Counted from the first letter of the stretch, positions 17,521 through 28,553 are shown. The stretch: DNA of 64,000 nt from Candidatus Doudnabacteria bacterium (GCA_039931165.1 JBDTSL010000001.1:2214-66213), one strand, 5' to 3'. Numbers and translations are program-made. Notes: generated by a model from the sequence alone, not told the origin.

Positions 17521-19292
17521 TACTTCTTAAGAATTGCCAGAAATGCTTCTTGCGGGATATCGACAGACCCGATCCTTTTCAGCCTCTTTTTACCTTTTTT
17601 CTGCTTTTCCAAATGTTTCATTTTGCGCGTGACGTCCCCTCCATACAATCCCTTGGTCACGTCTTTGCGCACCGCGGAAATCGTTTCGCGGGCGATGACT
17701 TTTCCGCCGATCACGGCCTGTATCGCGATCTCAAATTGCTGGCGGTGGATCAAGGACTTGAGTTTTCCCGCCAAAGACCGGCCTTCTTCTTCAGCCAGCT
17801 CCCTGTGGACTATCATTGACAGAGCATCGACTTTCTCCGAGGCCACCAGAATATCCAACTTCACCAGATCCCCGACCCGATAATCCAGCAATTCATAATT
17901 AAGCGAGGCGTAGCCTGACGAAACACTCTTAAGTTTATCATAAAAATCGATGATGATGTTGGCCAGCGGCATTTCGGCAGTGATCAAAACCCGTTCGTTG
18001 CTCAGGTACTCCATATTTTTGTATATTCCCCTCCGCCCGGTGATCAGTTCCAGGATCCCGCCGATGTATTTTTGCGGGACCAAAATTTCCACATCCACCC
18101 AAGGTTCTTCCAAACTTTCGAACAAAGACGGGTCCGGAAGCTCAGCCGGAGTGTGAATTATTTTCTTTTCCCCATTCCTAAGATTGATCTTATATTCAAC
18201 CGAAGGCGCGGTCAGCACCAGATCCAAGCCATACTCGCGCGTAAGCCGCTCCTGGACAATATCCATATGAAGGAGGCCCAAAAACCCGGTCCTGAAACCG
18301 AAGCCCAACGCCGGAATACTTTCCGGTTCAAATTCCAAAGCCGCATCATTTAACTTCAATTTATCAATGGCATCGCGAAGCAAAGGATAATCGTCACCGG
18401 ATGTGGGAAAAATACTGGCGTAAACCATCGGCTTCACTTGTTTATATCCCGGCAGCTGCTGGACCTTCGAATCCACAGTAGTCACCGTATCCCCGACTCT
18501 TGCTTTGCGCACATCCCGCAGGCCGGTGACTATGTAACCGACCTCTCCGGTCAGCAATTCTTTGGATGGAAAATATTTGGGATGGAAATACCCGACCTCC
18601 AAAGCATCAGCTCCGGTTTTGGTACCCATGATCACTATTTTTTGGTTTTTGGTCAGCTCGCCGTCCACCACCCGCACAAACGTCACAACTCCGCGATGAA
18701 TGTCGTAGGTGGAATCAAAGATCAGCGCCCTCAAAGGTTTATCTGAATCTCCCGTTGGCGCAGGCACTCTTGTGACCACTTCTTCCAGGATCTTTTCCAC
18801 TCCTTCGCCGGTTTTTCCGGACGCGTACAAAATCTCTTCGTCGGTAAAGCCAAACGCTTTTTTTATCTCTTCCGCGGTTTTTACCCGATCAGAGTTCGGC
18901 AGATCAATTTTGTTCACCACCGGAATTATTTTCAAATTATGGGCCTGGGCCAAATGAATATTGGCCAAAGTCTGCGCCTCGATCCCTTGCGTCGAGTCCA
19001 CGACCAAAATCGCGCCTTCACACGCTGCCAATGACCTGCTAACCTCATAAGTAAAATCCACATGCCCTGGAGTGTCAATTAAATTCAAAATATACCCTTT
19101 CCATTCCATGCGGACGGGCTGTAATTTGATCGTAATTCCACGCTCGCGTTCCAGATCCATGGTATCCAAAAGCTGATCCTTCATCTCGCGCTTGGATACT
19201 GTTGACGTCATTTCCAAAAGCCGGTCGGCCAAAGTGGACTTGCCGTGGTCAATGTGGGCGATGATGCAAAAATTACGAATTTTGTCTTGCAT
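17520..19292 (-). CDS. lepA: Elongation factor 4 (LepA)
   Basis: 590 aa with the G1 motif IAHIDHGKSTL, DTPGHVDF and NKIDL. The LepA-specific C-terminal domain is present. Confidence 0.95.
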   Translation of the reverse strand: MQDKIRNFCIIAHIDHGKSTLADRLLEMTSTVSKREMKDQLLDTMDLERERGITIKLQPVRMEWKGYILNLIDTPGHVDFTYEVSRSLAACEGAILVVDSTQGIEAQTLANIHLAQAHNLKIIPVVNKIDLPNSDRVKTAEEIKKAFGFTDEEILYASGKTGEGVEKILEEVVTRVPAPTGDSDKPLRALIFDSTYDIHRGVVTFVRVVDGELTKNQKIVIMGTKTGADALEVGYFHPKYFPSKELLTGEVGYIVTGLRDVRKARVGDTVTTVDSKVQQLPGYKQVKPMVYASIFPTSGDDYPLLRDAIDKLKLNDAALEFEPESIPALGFGFRTGFLGLLHMDIVQERLTREYGLDLVLTAPSVEYKINLRNGEKKIIHTPAELPDPSLFESLEEPWVDVEILVPQKYIGGILELITGRRGIYKNMEYLSNERVLITAEMPLANIIIDFYDKLKSVSSGYASLNYELLDYRVGDLVKLDILVASEKVDALSMIVHRELAEEEGRSLAGKLKSLIHRQQFEIAIQAVIGGKVIARETISAVRKDVTKGLYGGDVTRKMKHLEKQKKGKKRLKRIGSVDIPQEAFLAILKK

Positions 19293-19505
19293 AGTGAACT
19301 TATTCTACCATGCATTGACCAGAATGCCCATCAGTTACAGTAAGGTTGCTGCGCTCTTTTTTATTCCATTTTTTCTTCTCCAGCGAAGATGCGGCACAAA
19401 AAAGAATTTGAGGCCAAAGCGGCTTAGCCGCCGCGAGGCCGAAACTTAGGCAGAAATTTGCGTCCAGCACATTTCTGCCGTCTTTTTTTGCCGCATCCGA
19501 GCGAC

Positions 19506-21119
19506 CTAGCTCCACCAATTCCAAATAATATTGATAGGCCGGCCGATCTTATTGCCCGTCGTTCTCGCCAGCTGAACCAAATTATGAGTTTGATCCAAAC
19601 CTAATGTCCAACCGATCCCAAGGTATGCAACGGACCCGATAAGTCCGGCTGATACTCCTTGAATTAAAACTCCCCAGTAAGTGTGCATATTGACCAGGGG
19701 GGCTATGAAATATAATGAAACGTAAGCCGTAGCGCCGCCTATCAAAGCCGCGATAATTATCTTCAAACAATTTAGAATCAGGTATTCATCCTGAATATCT
19801 CCCAATTTACGATGCAGAACTACTAATAAAAGAATGAGATTAAGGATATTGGTTGCTGAATACGCCAGAGCCATGCCGGCAATTCCGAATCTGCCGGTCA
19901 GATAATAAGTGATCAGAACATTCGAAGCAATGGTGATAAATCCGATGACTACGGGAATGATCGTATTCTGAATGGCAAAAAAAGCTCTTGTAAACAGTGG
20001 GATCAGCGCTTGGGCGAACAATGAAATGCAAAACAGACCCAGGGATTCGGCCACTATTTTAACATTGTCAAAAGTAAAATGCGTGCCCTGCCCGATGCCC
20101 AACACCAGCCTCACCACTTGAGCTCGCAGAACCAGCAGCAAAATCGACAGCGGGATAATAAAAAACAGGATCTGGATCGTGGTTTTGGCCAGTACGTCTT
20201 TAAACCCCTGCTGGTCTTTTTTGTTGAACAGATCCGACAGCAAAGGGAAGACGACGATGGCGAAAGATACCGCGAATATTCCGAGGAACACGGATTGCAG
20301 ATTATTGGCGTAATAAAAAGCGGCCAGAGCGCCGGTGCCCAGGAACGACCCGAACACGCTGACGATCAGCGATGTGACCTGTTCCGTGCCCATGGAAAAA
20401 ATCCTGGGCCAATACAGCTTCCAAAATTTCCTGAAACCCGAATCCGCGCTGACAATTTTAAACGAATAACGGAATCCCAGAGAAATAATCTGCGGAACCT
20501 GGATCGCAAAATGCAAAAACGCACCAAGCACAACTCCGATCGCCAGCCCGGCAGGACCGAAGCGCGGATAAAGCCAAAGTACTCCCGCGATGATCGACAA
20601 GTTGTATACCACGGGCGCCACCGCCACCAGCGCAAACCTTTTATAAGTATTAAGCATGCTGGAGACGATCGACGACAGTGTCAGGAAAATGGGCGAAAGC
20701 AGAAAAATTTTGGTGAACAGTTTGGTCAGGTCAAAAGCCTCCCCGCTGAATCCGGGAGCAATCGCGTGAACCAGCGGATTTATGAATATATACGCGATAA
20801 CGGTCAGCGTCAGCATAAGGATCAGGGTGACATTGATAATGCTGGAGGCCAGGCGATTGGCGTCTTTTTCGTCCCGGATCAGGTATTCGGAAAACACGGG
20901 AATAAACGCGACCGAAAAAGTTCCGAGGATCAATAAGTTATAAATAAAATCCGGAATGCGAAACGCGGCAAAGTAGGCGTCAATAGTCAGTCCGGCCCCG
21001 AATTGATGGGAGAAAACCGCATCGCGGACCAGGCCAAGGATCTTGGCCAACAATGAAAAGACCGCGATGGTCACTGTTGCTTTTCCTATTTTATTGTCGG
21101 ACAAAGATTTTACATTCAT
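19506..21119 (-). CDS. murJ: Lipid II flippase MurJ (MviN)
   Basis: 537 aa with 14 predicted TM helices. Start reads TVTIAVFSLLAKILGLVRDAVFSHQFGAGLTIDAYFAAFRIPDF, typical of MurJ. Confidence 0.85.
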   Translation of the reverse strand: MNVKSLSDNKIGKATVTIAVFSLLAKILGLVRDAVFSHQFGAGLTIDAYFAAFRIPDFIYNLLILGTFSVAFIPVFSEYLIRDEKDANRLASSIINVTLILMLTLTVIAYIFINPLVHAIAPGFSGEAFDLTKLFTKIFLLSPIFLTLSSIVSSMLNTYKRFALVAVAPVVYNLSIIAGVLWLYPRFGPAGLAIGVVLGAFLHFAIQVPQIISLGFRYSFKIVSADSGFRKFWKLYWPRIFSMGTEQVTSLIVSVFGSFLGTGALAAFYYANNLQSVFLGIFAVSFAIVVFPLLSDLFNKKDQQGFKDVLAKTTIQILFFIIPLSILLLVLRAQVVRLVLGIGQGTHFTFDNVKIVAESLGLFCISLFAQALIPLFTRAFFAIQNTIIPVVIGFITIASNVLITYYLTGRFGIAGMALAYSATNILNLILLLVVLHRKLGDIQDEYLILNCLKIIIAALIGGATAYVSLYFIAPLVNMHTYWGVLIQGVSAGLIGSVAYLGIGWTLGLDQTHNLVQLARTTGNKIGRPINIIWNWWS

Positions 21120-21122
21120 AAT

Positions 21123-23192
21123 TTACTTGGCAATCACCATTGGCCAAAAATCATCGGTATTGGTTTCTGATTGAAAGCCAACACCGCCAATAGTTTCCAC
21201 AACTCCCGGCCCTTGCCATTTGAGTTTGAACTGCCCAAGACTCAAGCTACCGGCAAAATGATAAGGCTTGGATCCCGATTGTTTCTGAACCAACAGGCTA
21301 TACGACTGGGTGTTGCCGAAAGCGCTCGATTTGATCTTGAACGGCAGAATATAGGAAATGGTTACGCTTTTGCTTTGTCCGACGTCGGTATTAAGCCAGC
21401 CCGCGAACTCGGTTTTGCCTGCTTCGATCCGCGCAAAGACATTTGAATTCAGCTCTCCAATATCCCAGTTAGCCAGGTCCTTATCCGTGCGCATGCCTTC
21501 TGCGGCTGAATCTAAATATTGATAATCATCAAACCCTGAAGCCGAAATAAATTGGCTGCCCAGCGGCACCAGAACGCGAAGATAATTTTTATTGTCAGCT
21601 TCGGCGGAATTTTTTCGGATAATGGTCAGGGTGTTTATGACAGAGCCGTCCGATAAAACCTTGCTCAGTAAGTTGGCATCCTGATCAATGCTCAGGTCGG
21701 TTTTAGTGCCGCCCAGATTGGAATTGTTGATGGACAAATAATCATAATCCGCGGGCAAGATCTGACCGGCAAAACCCAAATCCGCAATTCGGACTTGCGT
21801 GTCGTGATCTTTGCTGTAGAGCAGAATGCTTCTCTGTCGCAGATTGTCCTCGAAAATCTGGAACAGTTCGAACCATTGGTTCTTATTCATCGCGGACAGG
21901 CGGTCCAGAAGCTCGGGCGTAAAATCAGCCAGGAATTTTTTCGGCTGGTTTAAAGTTTTGTCATAGTCTATTGAAGTTTTAAACTGCGTTTCCTGCTGGA
22001 AATTTTCCGGGGTCAAAGTCACGCCGTATTGGTCCATTTCTACAGGCCCGGTCAAGCGCAGGATATCTTCAAACAGCTTCGGAGTGACGGAGATCACTCC
22101 GTCCGCGGTCTGGCTGCCCTTTTCAAAAAAATACAAAAGCTTTTGGGCCGTGGTCGGGAAATCCGCGAACCAATTCGCATCACGGATAGCCCAGCGCTTA
22201 ATTTCAGGCTGCATTGGCCCCGGGGCCGCTATCTGCTCGTAGATCTGCCCGTCAAGCTGGTATATGCTTTCAATTTTCAGCTTAGATATCGATCCTTGAT
22301 TGGTTTGTAAAACCCCATATGTTCCGATAAAGCCGCCGGTAGCTCGGGCTTCGTCGGAATTCTGGAAGATCAACAGATAGGTTTTTTGTCCGCTGAAAAG
22401 TCCGAGATATAAATTCTCCAGGCCCACCAGCTTGTCTAAGATCGAACCAAGTCCCGCGACTTCCTGTTTGGCCTTATCCAAAGTTTGTGAATAATCAAGA
22501 GGCAGGCTACCCGCAAGATTGAATTCTATCGAAGCCTCGGCAATCAAGCTGCGGCTGGAAGCCAGCAGTCCGCGGTTGGCTGTAAGCCTTTCGTTAAAAT
22601 TCTCGGTTTGCACTCCTAGACTTGACACTTTCAGCTCATCGAACAAGTTCAGCGCCGCGGTCAATTGTTTTCCGGCCTCTGCCAGGGCTGCGGCACCCGA
22701 AAGCATATGATCGGCGGAATTTGCCTGAGGGGCAATCCATTTGAGAACCGGAAAACTATTAAGTTTGCTTTGCGCAAGATTGATATTGGACGTGGCCGCG
22801 TCGAACAACTGGCCGGCAGCCGCAAAATTTTGCGAACCGATATTTTCTTGCGCCGTATGCAGGTCGGTATATGCCGAGGTCGCGTCTCCTAATATTTCGC
22901 CGGTTGCGTTGCGGACGGCAGACAAATAAATCATCCCTTGAAGCAACACGATCAAAATAATGCCGGTAAGCGCGAACGAGCCGATTTGGACCAAATGCCT
23001 GCGGTAATCGCGGAGTTGGGGTTTAAAAGATAAAAGCTGCGGAACTTCCGCAAAGTTCTGTCTGCTTCTGATAACCGCGTACATCAGCTCGGAGCTCATG
23101 ACCTCGCGCTTGATGACATTTTTGATCTTTAAGGGCTTGGCCTTCCGCCTGGCTGATCCGATGTCAATTTTAGAAAATCTTTTTGAGTTCAT
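21123..23192 (-). CDS. DUF4012-like membrane-anchored envelope protein
   Basis: 689 aa with an N-terminal TM and the central motif LLIFQNSDEARATGGFIGTYGVL, resembling the DUF4012 AELRxTGGFIG signature. Sits where murG would be in a canonical dcw cluster. Confidence 0.5.
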   Translation of the reverse strand: MNSKRFSKIDIGSARRKAKPLKIKNVIKREVMSSELMYAVIRSRQNFAEVPQLLSFKPQLRDYRRHLVQIGSFALTGIILIVLLQGMIYLSAVRNATGEILGDATSAYTDLHTAQENIGSQNFAAAGQLFDAATSNINLAQSKLNSFPVLKWIAPQANSADHMLSGAAALAEAGKQLTAALNLFDELKVSSLGVQTENFNERLTANRGLLASSRSLIAEASIEFNLAGSLPLDYSQTLDKAKQEVAGLGSILDKLVGLENLYLGLFSGQKTYLLIFQNSDEARATGGFIGTYGVLQTNQGSISKLKIESIYQLDGQIYEQIAAPGPMQPEIKRWAIRDANWFADFPTTAQKLLYFFEKGSQTADGVISVTPKLFEDILRLTGPVEMDQYGVTLTPENFQQETQFKTSIDYDKTLNQPKKFLADFTPELLDRLSAMNKNQWFELFQIFEDNLRQRSILLYSKDHDTQVRIADLGFAGQILPADYDYLSINNSNLGGTKTDLSIDQDANLLSKVLSDGSVINTLTIIRKNSAEADNKNYLRVLVPLGSQFISASGFDDYQYLDSAAEGMRTDKDLANWDIGELNSNVFARIEAGKTEFAGWLNTDVGQSKSVTISYILPFKIKSSAFGNTQSYSLLVQKQSGSKPYHFAGSLSLGQFKLKWQGPGVVETIGGVGFQSETNTDDFWPMVIAK

Positions 23193-23195
23193 GTG

Positions 23196-24311
23196 TTAAT
23201 TTGCCTCCAAATTCGTGAATCGGGAGATGTTCAGCAAGATCCCTACGGCTGCCAGACTTATCAGCAGAGATGATGAACCGTTGGAAATAAAGGTCAAAGG
23301 AATGCCGGTCAAAGGAATCAACCCGGCTATCCCGCCGATATTGATCAGAGCCTGAAGTATCAGCCAGCTTACTATTCCCGCGGCCGTAAGTTTGCCGAAC
23401 ACATCCGGAGCTTCCCGCGCAACTTTAAATCCCCGATACGCCAAAAACAAGAACAGCAGCAAGATCGCGGAAATTCTTAGAAACCCCAGTTCCTCGGCCA
23501 TGATCGCGAAGATCGAATCACCGATCGGCTCAGGCAGATAGCTGTATTTCTGAAGCGATTGGCCAAATCCCAGGCCCCAGAGCCCGCCGGACCCTATGCC
23601 GATCACAGCCTGATTAACCTGGTAGGCTATTCCCTGAGAATCCGCGGTCGGGTCCATAAAAGCCAAAAATCTATGAGCCCGGTAAGGCTCGGCTTTGACC
23701 AGGATCCATAAGACCAATAATGCTACTGCCGCGGTCGCATAAATATACTTCATCCGCACTCCGCCGATAAAAAACATTACCGCGGCGATGGAGGCCAGAA
23801 CCAGCATTGTGCCGATATCAGGCTCGAGGATGATCAAGCCGGCAACCAGACCTACGATAGCCAGGCTCGGCAGAAACCCGTAATACAAATTATCCGAGTG
23901 CTGCTGCCTTTTGTCGAACCAGCTGGCCAGATACAATATTACCGCCAGCTTCACAAACTCCGTCGGCTGGAATTGAAAAGAGCCCAAATTGATCCAGCGT
24001 CTGGCTCCGCCGATTTTTAATCCGATGCCTGGTATCAAGACCACAACCAGCAGGGCAATGCCGCCCAGGATCAGCAAAGGGGCGAATTTTTGCCATTTAT
24101 GATAATCAATCCTTGAAAAAAAATACATCAAGATCAGGCCGGGCACGGCGCCCAACAGAAGCTGTCTTGAAAAATAATAATAATTATTGTGAAAATTTTG
24201 GAAAGAAAGAACGGTCGAAGCAGAGGACAAAATCAAAAGACCCATGGCCAGCAGGATCAGCACCGGCCATAAAATATATGGATCGACTTTCGGCAAGGTT
24301 TGTTTTTTCAT
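23196..24311 (-). CDS. ftsW: SEDS-family peptidoglycan glycosyltransferase (FtsW/RodA)
   Basis: 371 aa with 10 TM helices and SEDS motifs. Adjacent to murD. Confidence 0.85.
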   Translation of the reverse strand: MKKQTLPKVDPYILWPVLILLAMGLLILSSASTVLSFQNFHNNYYYFSRQLLLGAVPGLILMYFFSRIDYHKWQKFAPLLILGGIALLVVVLIPGIGLKIGGARRWINLGSFQFQPTEFVKLAVILYLASWFDKRQQHSDNLYYGFLPSLAIVGLVAGLIILEPDIGTMLVLASIAAVMFFIGGVRMKYIYATAAVALLVLWILVKAEPYRAHRFLAFMDPTADSQGIAYQVNQAVIGIGSGGLWGLGFGQSLQKYSYLPEPIGDSIFAIMAEELGFLRISAILLLFLFLAYRGFKVAREAPDVFGKLTAAGIVSWLILQALINIGGIAGLIPLTGIPLTFISNGSSSLLISLAAVGILLNISRFTNLEAN

Positions 24312-24321
24312 GCGATTGTTC

Positions 24322-25548
24322 TCATAAAGAATTTACCGCGTTCACAAACTGCTCTCCCCTGTCGGACTCGTTTTTAAACATATCAAAGCTTGAGGTTCCT
24401 GGTGAAAATAAAATCGTATCACCGGCCGATGCCAAAGATCTGGCTTGTCCGATAATTGTTTTCATATTTTCAGCTCCTGTCAGTATTTTTCCGGTGAATC
24501 CGTTGGCCGCTTCCAAAACTTTATTCGAGACCTCTCCGATCACGACCAGACCTTTGACGTTCGGGGCGGATTTAATTTTTTGGCCTACGGCCGAAAAATT
24601 CAGTCCTTTATCGAACCCGCCGATGATCAAGATCAAAGGTGATTTTATGGCTTCAATCGCGGCGATCACAGGGTCAATGTTCGTGCTGAACGCATCGTCA
24701 ATAAAACTGATGCCCGCTATTTCCCTGATCTTATTCAGCCTGTGCGGCAAGGGTTCAAACTCCGCAATGGCTTTGCGGATATCCGGCTCGCCGATCGCTA
24801 AAATTTGGGCAGCCGCGGCCGCGGCCGCGATATTCTCAAGATTATGGGTTCCCAATAACTTGGTCTCATATCTCCTGGCATCCTTCGGGTCAAAAAAAAT
24901 TTTCTTCCCTTTACCGAGATCCTTAAACCATCCTTCAATATCCGGGTGCAATACGGCAAAATCATTTTCACCCTGATAAGCCACAATTGAAGACTTGGCT
25001 TTCACGTATTCTTCCACAGACAAGTGGTGGTTCAAATGATCAGCCGTAATATTCAAAACTATGCCTATGTGCGGACTCTGATCCAGATCCTGCAGTTGAA
25101 AACTTGATAATTCCAATACCACAAAATCTTCAGGCTTGATCGATTCCAGAAATTCAAACGGATCGCGGCCCATATTCCCGCCAAGCCAAGTTTTCTTCCC
25201 TGAAGTCTGTAAAATTTTTGCCAGCAAACTGCTGGTAGTGCCTTTGCCTTTCGTTCCTGTAACCCCGATTATGGGTGCCGGGCAGAGCTTAAAAAACAGT
25301 TTGGTCTGGCTCGAAACCTCAACTCCTTTTTCCGACGCTTGCCGCACTGCCTTGGACAAAAACGGCAGCCCGGGAGTGCGGAAAATAATTTCATATTTAT
25401 CCAGCCGGCCGACCAGCTCAGCAGGATCTTTCCAGTTTTCGATGACGTCAAAGCTAAGTCCGTGGCCCGTCAGATATTCCGCCAGTTTTTTATTGTTCGT
25501 GCCCATGCCGACAACCGCAATTTTCTTGCCCTTCAAATTAGAAAGCAT
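24322..25548 (-). CDS. murD: UDP-N-acetylmuramoylalanine--D-glutamate ligase
   Basis: N-terminal Rossmann GMGTNN and Mur ligase P-loop GVTGTKGKGTT. Confidence 0.9.
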   Translation of the reverse strand: MLSNLKGKKIAVVGMGTNNKKLAEYLTGHGLSFDVIENWKDPAELVGRLDKYEIIFRTPGLPFLSKAVRQASEKGVEVSSQTKLFFKLCPAPIIGVTGTKGKGTTSSLLAKILQTSGKKTWLGGNMGRDPFEFLESIKPEDFVVLELSSFQLQDLDQSPHIGIVLNITADHLNHHLSVEEYVKAKSSIVAYQGENDFAVLHPDIEGWFKDLGKGKKIFFDPKDARRYETKLLGTHNLENIAAAAAAAQILAIGEPDIRKAIAEFEPLPHRLNKIREIAGISFIDDAFSTNIDPVIAAIEAIKSPLILIIGGFDKGLNFSAVGQKIKSAPNVKGLVVIGEVSNKVLEAANGFTGKILTGAENMKTIIGQARSLASAGDTILFSPGTSSFDMFKNESDRGEQFVNAVNSL

Positions 25549-25625
25549 AATTTTTTTAAAGCACCTGCCCGGTAGTGAAATTCGATTTTAATACTGCCGA
25601 GCAGTATCGAATTTCTACTACCGGG

Positions 25626-27182
25626 TTATCGTTTAACAACCGTTCCGTTGGTGCTCAGCACCTGATTGCCGGAAAAGCTTAGTTTGCCGTTGATCAGCAC
25701 CGTATCGATGCCTTCCGAGAACAGATCCGAGTTGGTATAGTCGGCCTTGTCGGAAATGGTCTGCGGGTCGAAGATCGCCACATCGCCCACGCTGTTTTCG
25801 GCAATTGTCCCCCGATCCTTGAGACCCAGTAAGTTTGCCGGCTCATATGTCAGCTTTTTTATAGCCTGCTCCCACTTCAGCAGTTTCTTTTCGCGGACCA
25901 TTTTCAAAAACCGGGGCATGGTGCCGAAACACCTCGGATGAACCAACCCCGCGGATCTTCGATTAAAGCCGGCGCCATCGGTGGCGATCATGGAAAGCGG
26001 CGATGAGCAGAACAATTCGACCTGCTCGGAAGATAAATTGTGGTCAAAGACGATGACCTGGGCGTTGGTGGCGGTGATCACATTCAGGATGGCTTCTTCC
26101 ACGGAAACAGCCTGGTTTTCGGCGATCTGGCCCAAAGTTCTTCCCACAAAATTGCTGTTGCTTGATGCCTCGGCCACTATGATGCTTTTAAAATCATGAC
26201 TCTGATCCCGCAGGTAATCCAAAATTTTCCGCCTCGAAAGAGGATCGGAAACCATTTTCAGGATCTGGGCTCTCCCCCCTTCATAAGCCCACTTCGGCAG
26301 ATACGTATAAAGCACTGACCACGATGTATCGTAAGGGTAGACGTCAAAACTGATCCGCAGTCCTTGGTGGTATGCCACTTCGAGTTTGTTCATCACCCGG
26401 TCAAACTGCGGCCAGTTCTTTTTGCCGCGGATCTTAAGATGAGAGATCTTTATCGGAATTTGACTGGAAGAGGCAAGATCGATCACTTCATCCAATGCTC
26501 CCAAGATATGGCTTGCTTCCGAACGCAAATGCACGCTTAAATATTTATTGTCAGGCTTGAGGTTGCTCACTACCTCCTGCAGTTCGGCGACGGATGAATT
26601 TACCTCGTGAGCATAGATCAAACCCATGGACAAGCCGAAAGCGCCGGCGGCTAAAGCATCGAGCAAAGTTTTGTCCATGATCTTGTTTTCGTCTTTCGTC
26701 AGTTCCCGGACCTTATCGCCGATCAATCCGCGCCGAAGAGTGGCATGTCCCACCAGCGTTCCGACATTCACGCCCAGCGGCATAGTGCCGAGCATCCGCA
26801 AAAATTCCTCCATGGTGGTCCAGTTCAAATTAATGCCCGATAAATTGTGCCACTTCTGGATAGTTTTTATGGACTCCGGGTTTAAGAGCGGCGCAAGCGA
26901 AGCGCCGCAGTTGCCGACAATGATAGTAGTGATCCCCTGAGACAAAAGGCTGGCCTGTTCCGGCTGGTCGAATAGCGTCCAGTAGGAATCTGAATGGTTT
27001 TGGATATCAATAAAACCCGGTGTCACAAATCGGCCCGTCGCGTCAATGGTTTGGAGGGCTTTAGCGGAAATTTCCGGGGCAAGACCCGCTATCTTTCCTT
27101 TTTCGACCGCGACATCCAGCTTTTTCCCAGGGCTACCCGTGCCGTCGATAACCGTGCCGTTTTTTATAAGAATATCGTACAT
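25626..27182 (-). CDS. Amidohydrolase of the N-acyl-D-amino-acid deacylase (D-aminoacylase) family
   Basis: 518 aa. The N-terminus ILIKNGTVIDGTG...GRFVTPGFIDIQNHSD has the amidohydrolase fold signature. Length and C-terminal beta-sandwich are typical of D-aminoacylases. Confidence 0.6.
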   Translation of the reverse strand: MYDILIKNGTVIDGTGSPGKKLDVAVEKGKIAGLAPEISAKALQTIDATGRFVTPGFIDIQNHSDSYWTLFDQPEQASLLSQGITTIIVGNCGASLAPLLNPESIKTIQKWHNLSGINLNWTTMEEFLRMLGTMPLGVNVGTLVGHATLRRGLIGDKVRELTKDENKIMDKTLLDALAAGAFGLSMGLIYAHEVNSSVAELQEVVSNLKPDNKYLSVHLRSEASHILGALDEVIDLASSSQIPIKISHLKIRGKKNWPQFDRVMNKLEVAYHQGLRISFDVYPYDTSWSVLYTYLPKWAYEGGRAQILKMVSDPLSRRKILDYLRDQSHDFKSIIVAEASSNSNFVGRTLGQIAENQAVSVEEAILNVITATNAQVIVFDHNLSSEQVELFCSSPLSMIATDGAGFNRRSAGLVHPRCFGTMPRFLKMVREKKLLKWEQAIKKLTYEPANLLGLKDRGTIAENSVGDVAIFDPQTISDKADYTNSDLFSEGIDTVLINGKLSFSGNQVLSTNGTVVKR

Positions 27183-27192
27183 AAGATCGTGC

Positions 27193-27256
27193 AGGTGTAA
27201 CGTATAGCCTGTAACGTTACAAGTTACAAGTTACGCGTTACACGATTAATTAGCGT
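27193..27256. repeat. Family-2-related GTAACG/CGTTAC palindromic repeat (abuts mraY stop)
   Basis: gtgtaacgtatagcctgtaacgttacaagttacaagttacgcgttacacgattaattagcg. Shares the CGTATAGC and TTAATTAGCG blocks with copy 1 and its flank. Confidence 0.4.
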
Positions 27257-28296
27257 CCTATCAAGTTTACTGCTACTCCTATAACCGCCCCAACTGCGGC
27301 AATAACCCAAAACCTCATGGTTACTTTTGTTTCCGGCCAGCCTTGGGCTTCGAAATGGTGATGCAAAGGAGACGATAAAAATATCTTCCGGCCGCGCAAT
27401 TTTTTTGACAATAACTGGAGAATTGTCGAGCCGGATTCGAGCACCAGCACCAGCCCGATCAGCGGCAATACCGCCACTGAATTGGTCAAAAAAGCAATTA
27501 CAGCCAGCACCGTACCCAAAGACATGGAACCTGTATCACCCATAAAAAACCTGGCTGGATAAATGTTAAACCAAAGAAAGGCCAATAAGCTGCCGGACAA
27601 TACCGATGATAGCGCGGCCAATTCAAACCGGCCTTGCATAAAAGCAATCAAGCCGTAAGCCAAAAACGCAATCGCCAAAACCCCGCCGGCCAAGCCATCC
27701 AAACCATCGGTCTGATTGACGGAAAAACTGGTCGCGATCACGACAAATATAAACAGCGGGATATACCACAATCCAATATTTAAATTGCCGAATCCCGGCA
27801 CATACAAAAGATCAAACTGCAACTTATAATAAAACCAATATGCTCCGACTACTGCCACTAAAGTATATAAAAGCAATTTATGCCGCACACGCAGGCCGCC
27901 TCCTTTGCCGCCGCCGCTGCCTTTGACGCCAAAATAGTCGTCAAACAAACCGAGCACCGCGCTTGCTCCCAGCGCTCCTAATGGCAATAAGGTTTGCTGT
28001 CTGGTCAAAAAATTAAGCCTGTGAAAAAACTCTATGTGCGCTGCCCTGTCCAAAAACCAAAAAATTATCGCTAACGCAAGAGTAGTGAACCAGATCAAAA
28101 CCCCGCCCATGGTCGGGGTGCCAGCCTTTTTTTCGTGCAGTTTACTGTAAATCGGCGTGTCGCCTTCGGCGCGGATCTTTTTGCCGAAATTGTGCTTGAA
28201 CACAAAATTGGTAAAAATCGGGGTCAAAGCCATGGCAATGGCGAAAGAAATCGTACCCAAACTGAAAATTTTAATTACAGCTTGAGAAATGTTCAT
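27250..28296 (-). CDS. mraY: Phospho-N-acetylmuramoyl-pentapeptide transferase
   Basis: 348 aa polytopic protein with GLDGLAGG and GDTGSMSLG motifs. Confidence 0.9.
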   Translation of the reverse strand: MNISQAVIKIFSLGTISFAIAMALTPIFTNFVFKHNFGKKIRAEGDTPIYSKLHEKKAGTPTMGGVLIWFTTLALAIIFWFLDRAAHIEFFHRLNFLTRQQTLLPLGALGASAVLGLFDDYFGVKGSGGGKGGGLRVRHKLLLYTLVAVVGAYWFYYKLQFDLLYVPGFGNLNIGLWYIPLFIFVVIATSFSVNQTDGLDGLAGGVLAIAFLAYGLIAFMQGRFELAALSSVLSGSLLAFLWFNIYPARFFMGDTGSMSLGTVLAVIAFLTNSVAVLPLIGLVLVLESGSTILQLLSKKLRGRKIFLSSPLHHHFEAQGWPETKVTMRFWVIAAVGAVIGVAVNLIGR

Positions 28297-28511
28297 TTTA
28301 TGTATGTTTCAGGCTTCATATTGTATGCTCCATAGTTAAAATTATACCACAAACAGCCTCTATTGACAAAGTAAGTAAAACAAAGTAAAATAGCTTGTTG
28401 GTAAAACTCCCCCACACAGGAGTCTACCCACACCTGGCTGGTTGGAAAAGTTGTATGCCGTCCAAAATATGGACGAATCTGCAATTATCCGATCAGTCAG
28501 GCTCTCTCAAA

Positions 28512-28542
28512 GAAAAAAACCCTACAAAGGGTTTTTATTTTT
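28512..28542. terminator. Bidirectional intrinsic terminator (aaaccct-acaa-agggttt flanked by A- and T-runs)
   Basis: Perfect 7-bp stem with T5aT4 on the plus side and T7 on the minus side. Immediately 3-prime of dacA. Confidence 0.6.
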
Positions 28543-28553
28543 TCGTAAATTAC

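Noticed and set aside
20079-20936. 285-aa plus-strand ORF rich in Arg/Gln/Asp
   Set aside because: It is entirely antisense to murJ. Its low-complexity composition is typical of a shadow ORF opposite a membrane-protein gene.
24113-24976. 287-aa plus-strand ORF
   Set aside because: Antisense to the ftsW/murD junction. No recognisable domain.
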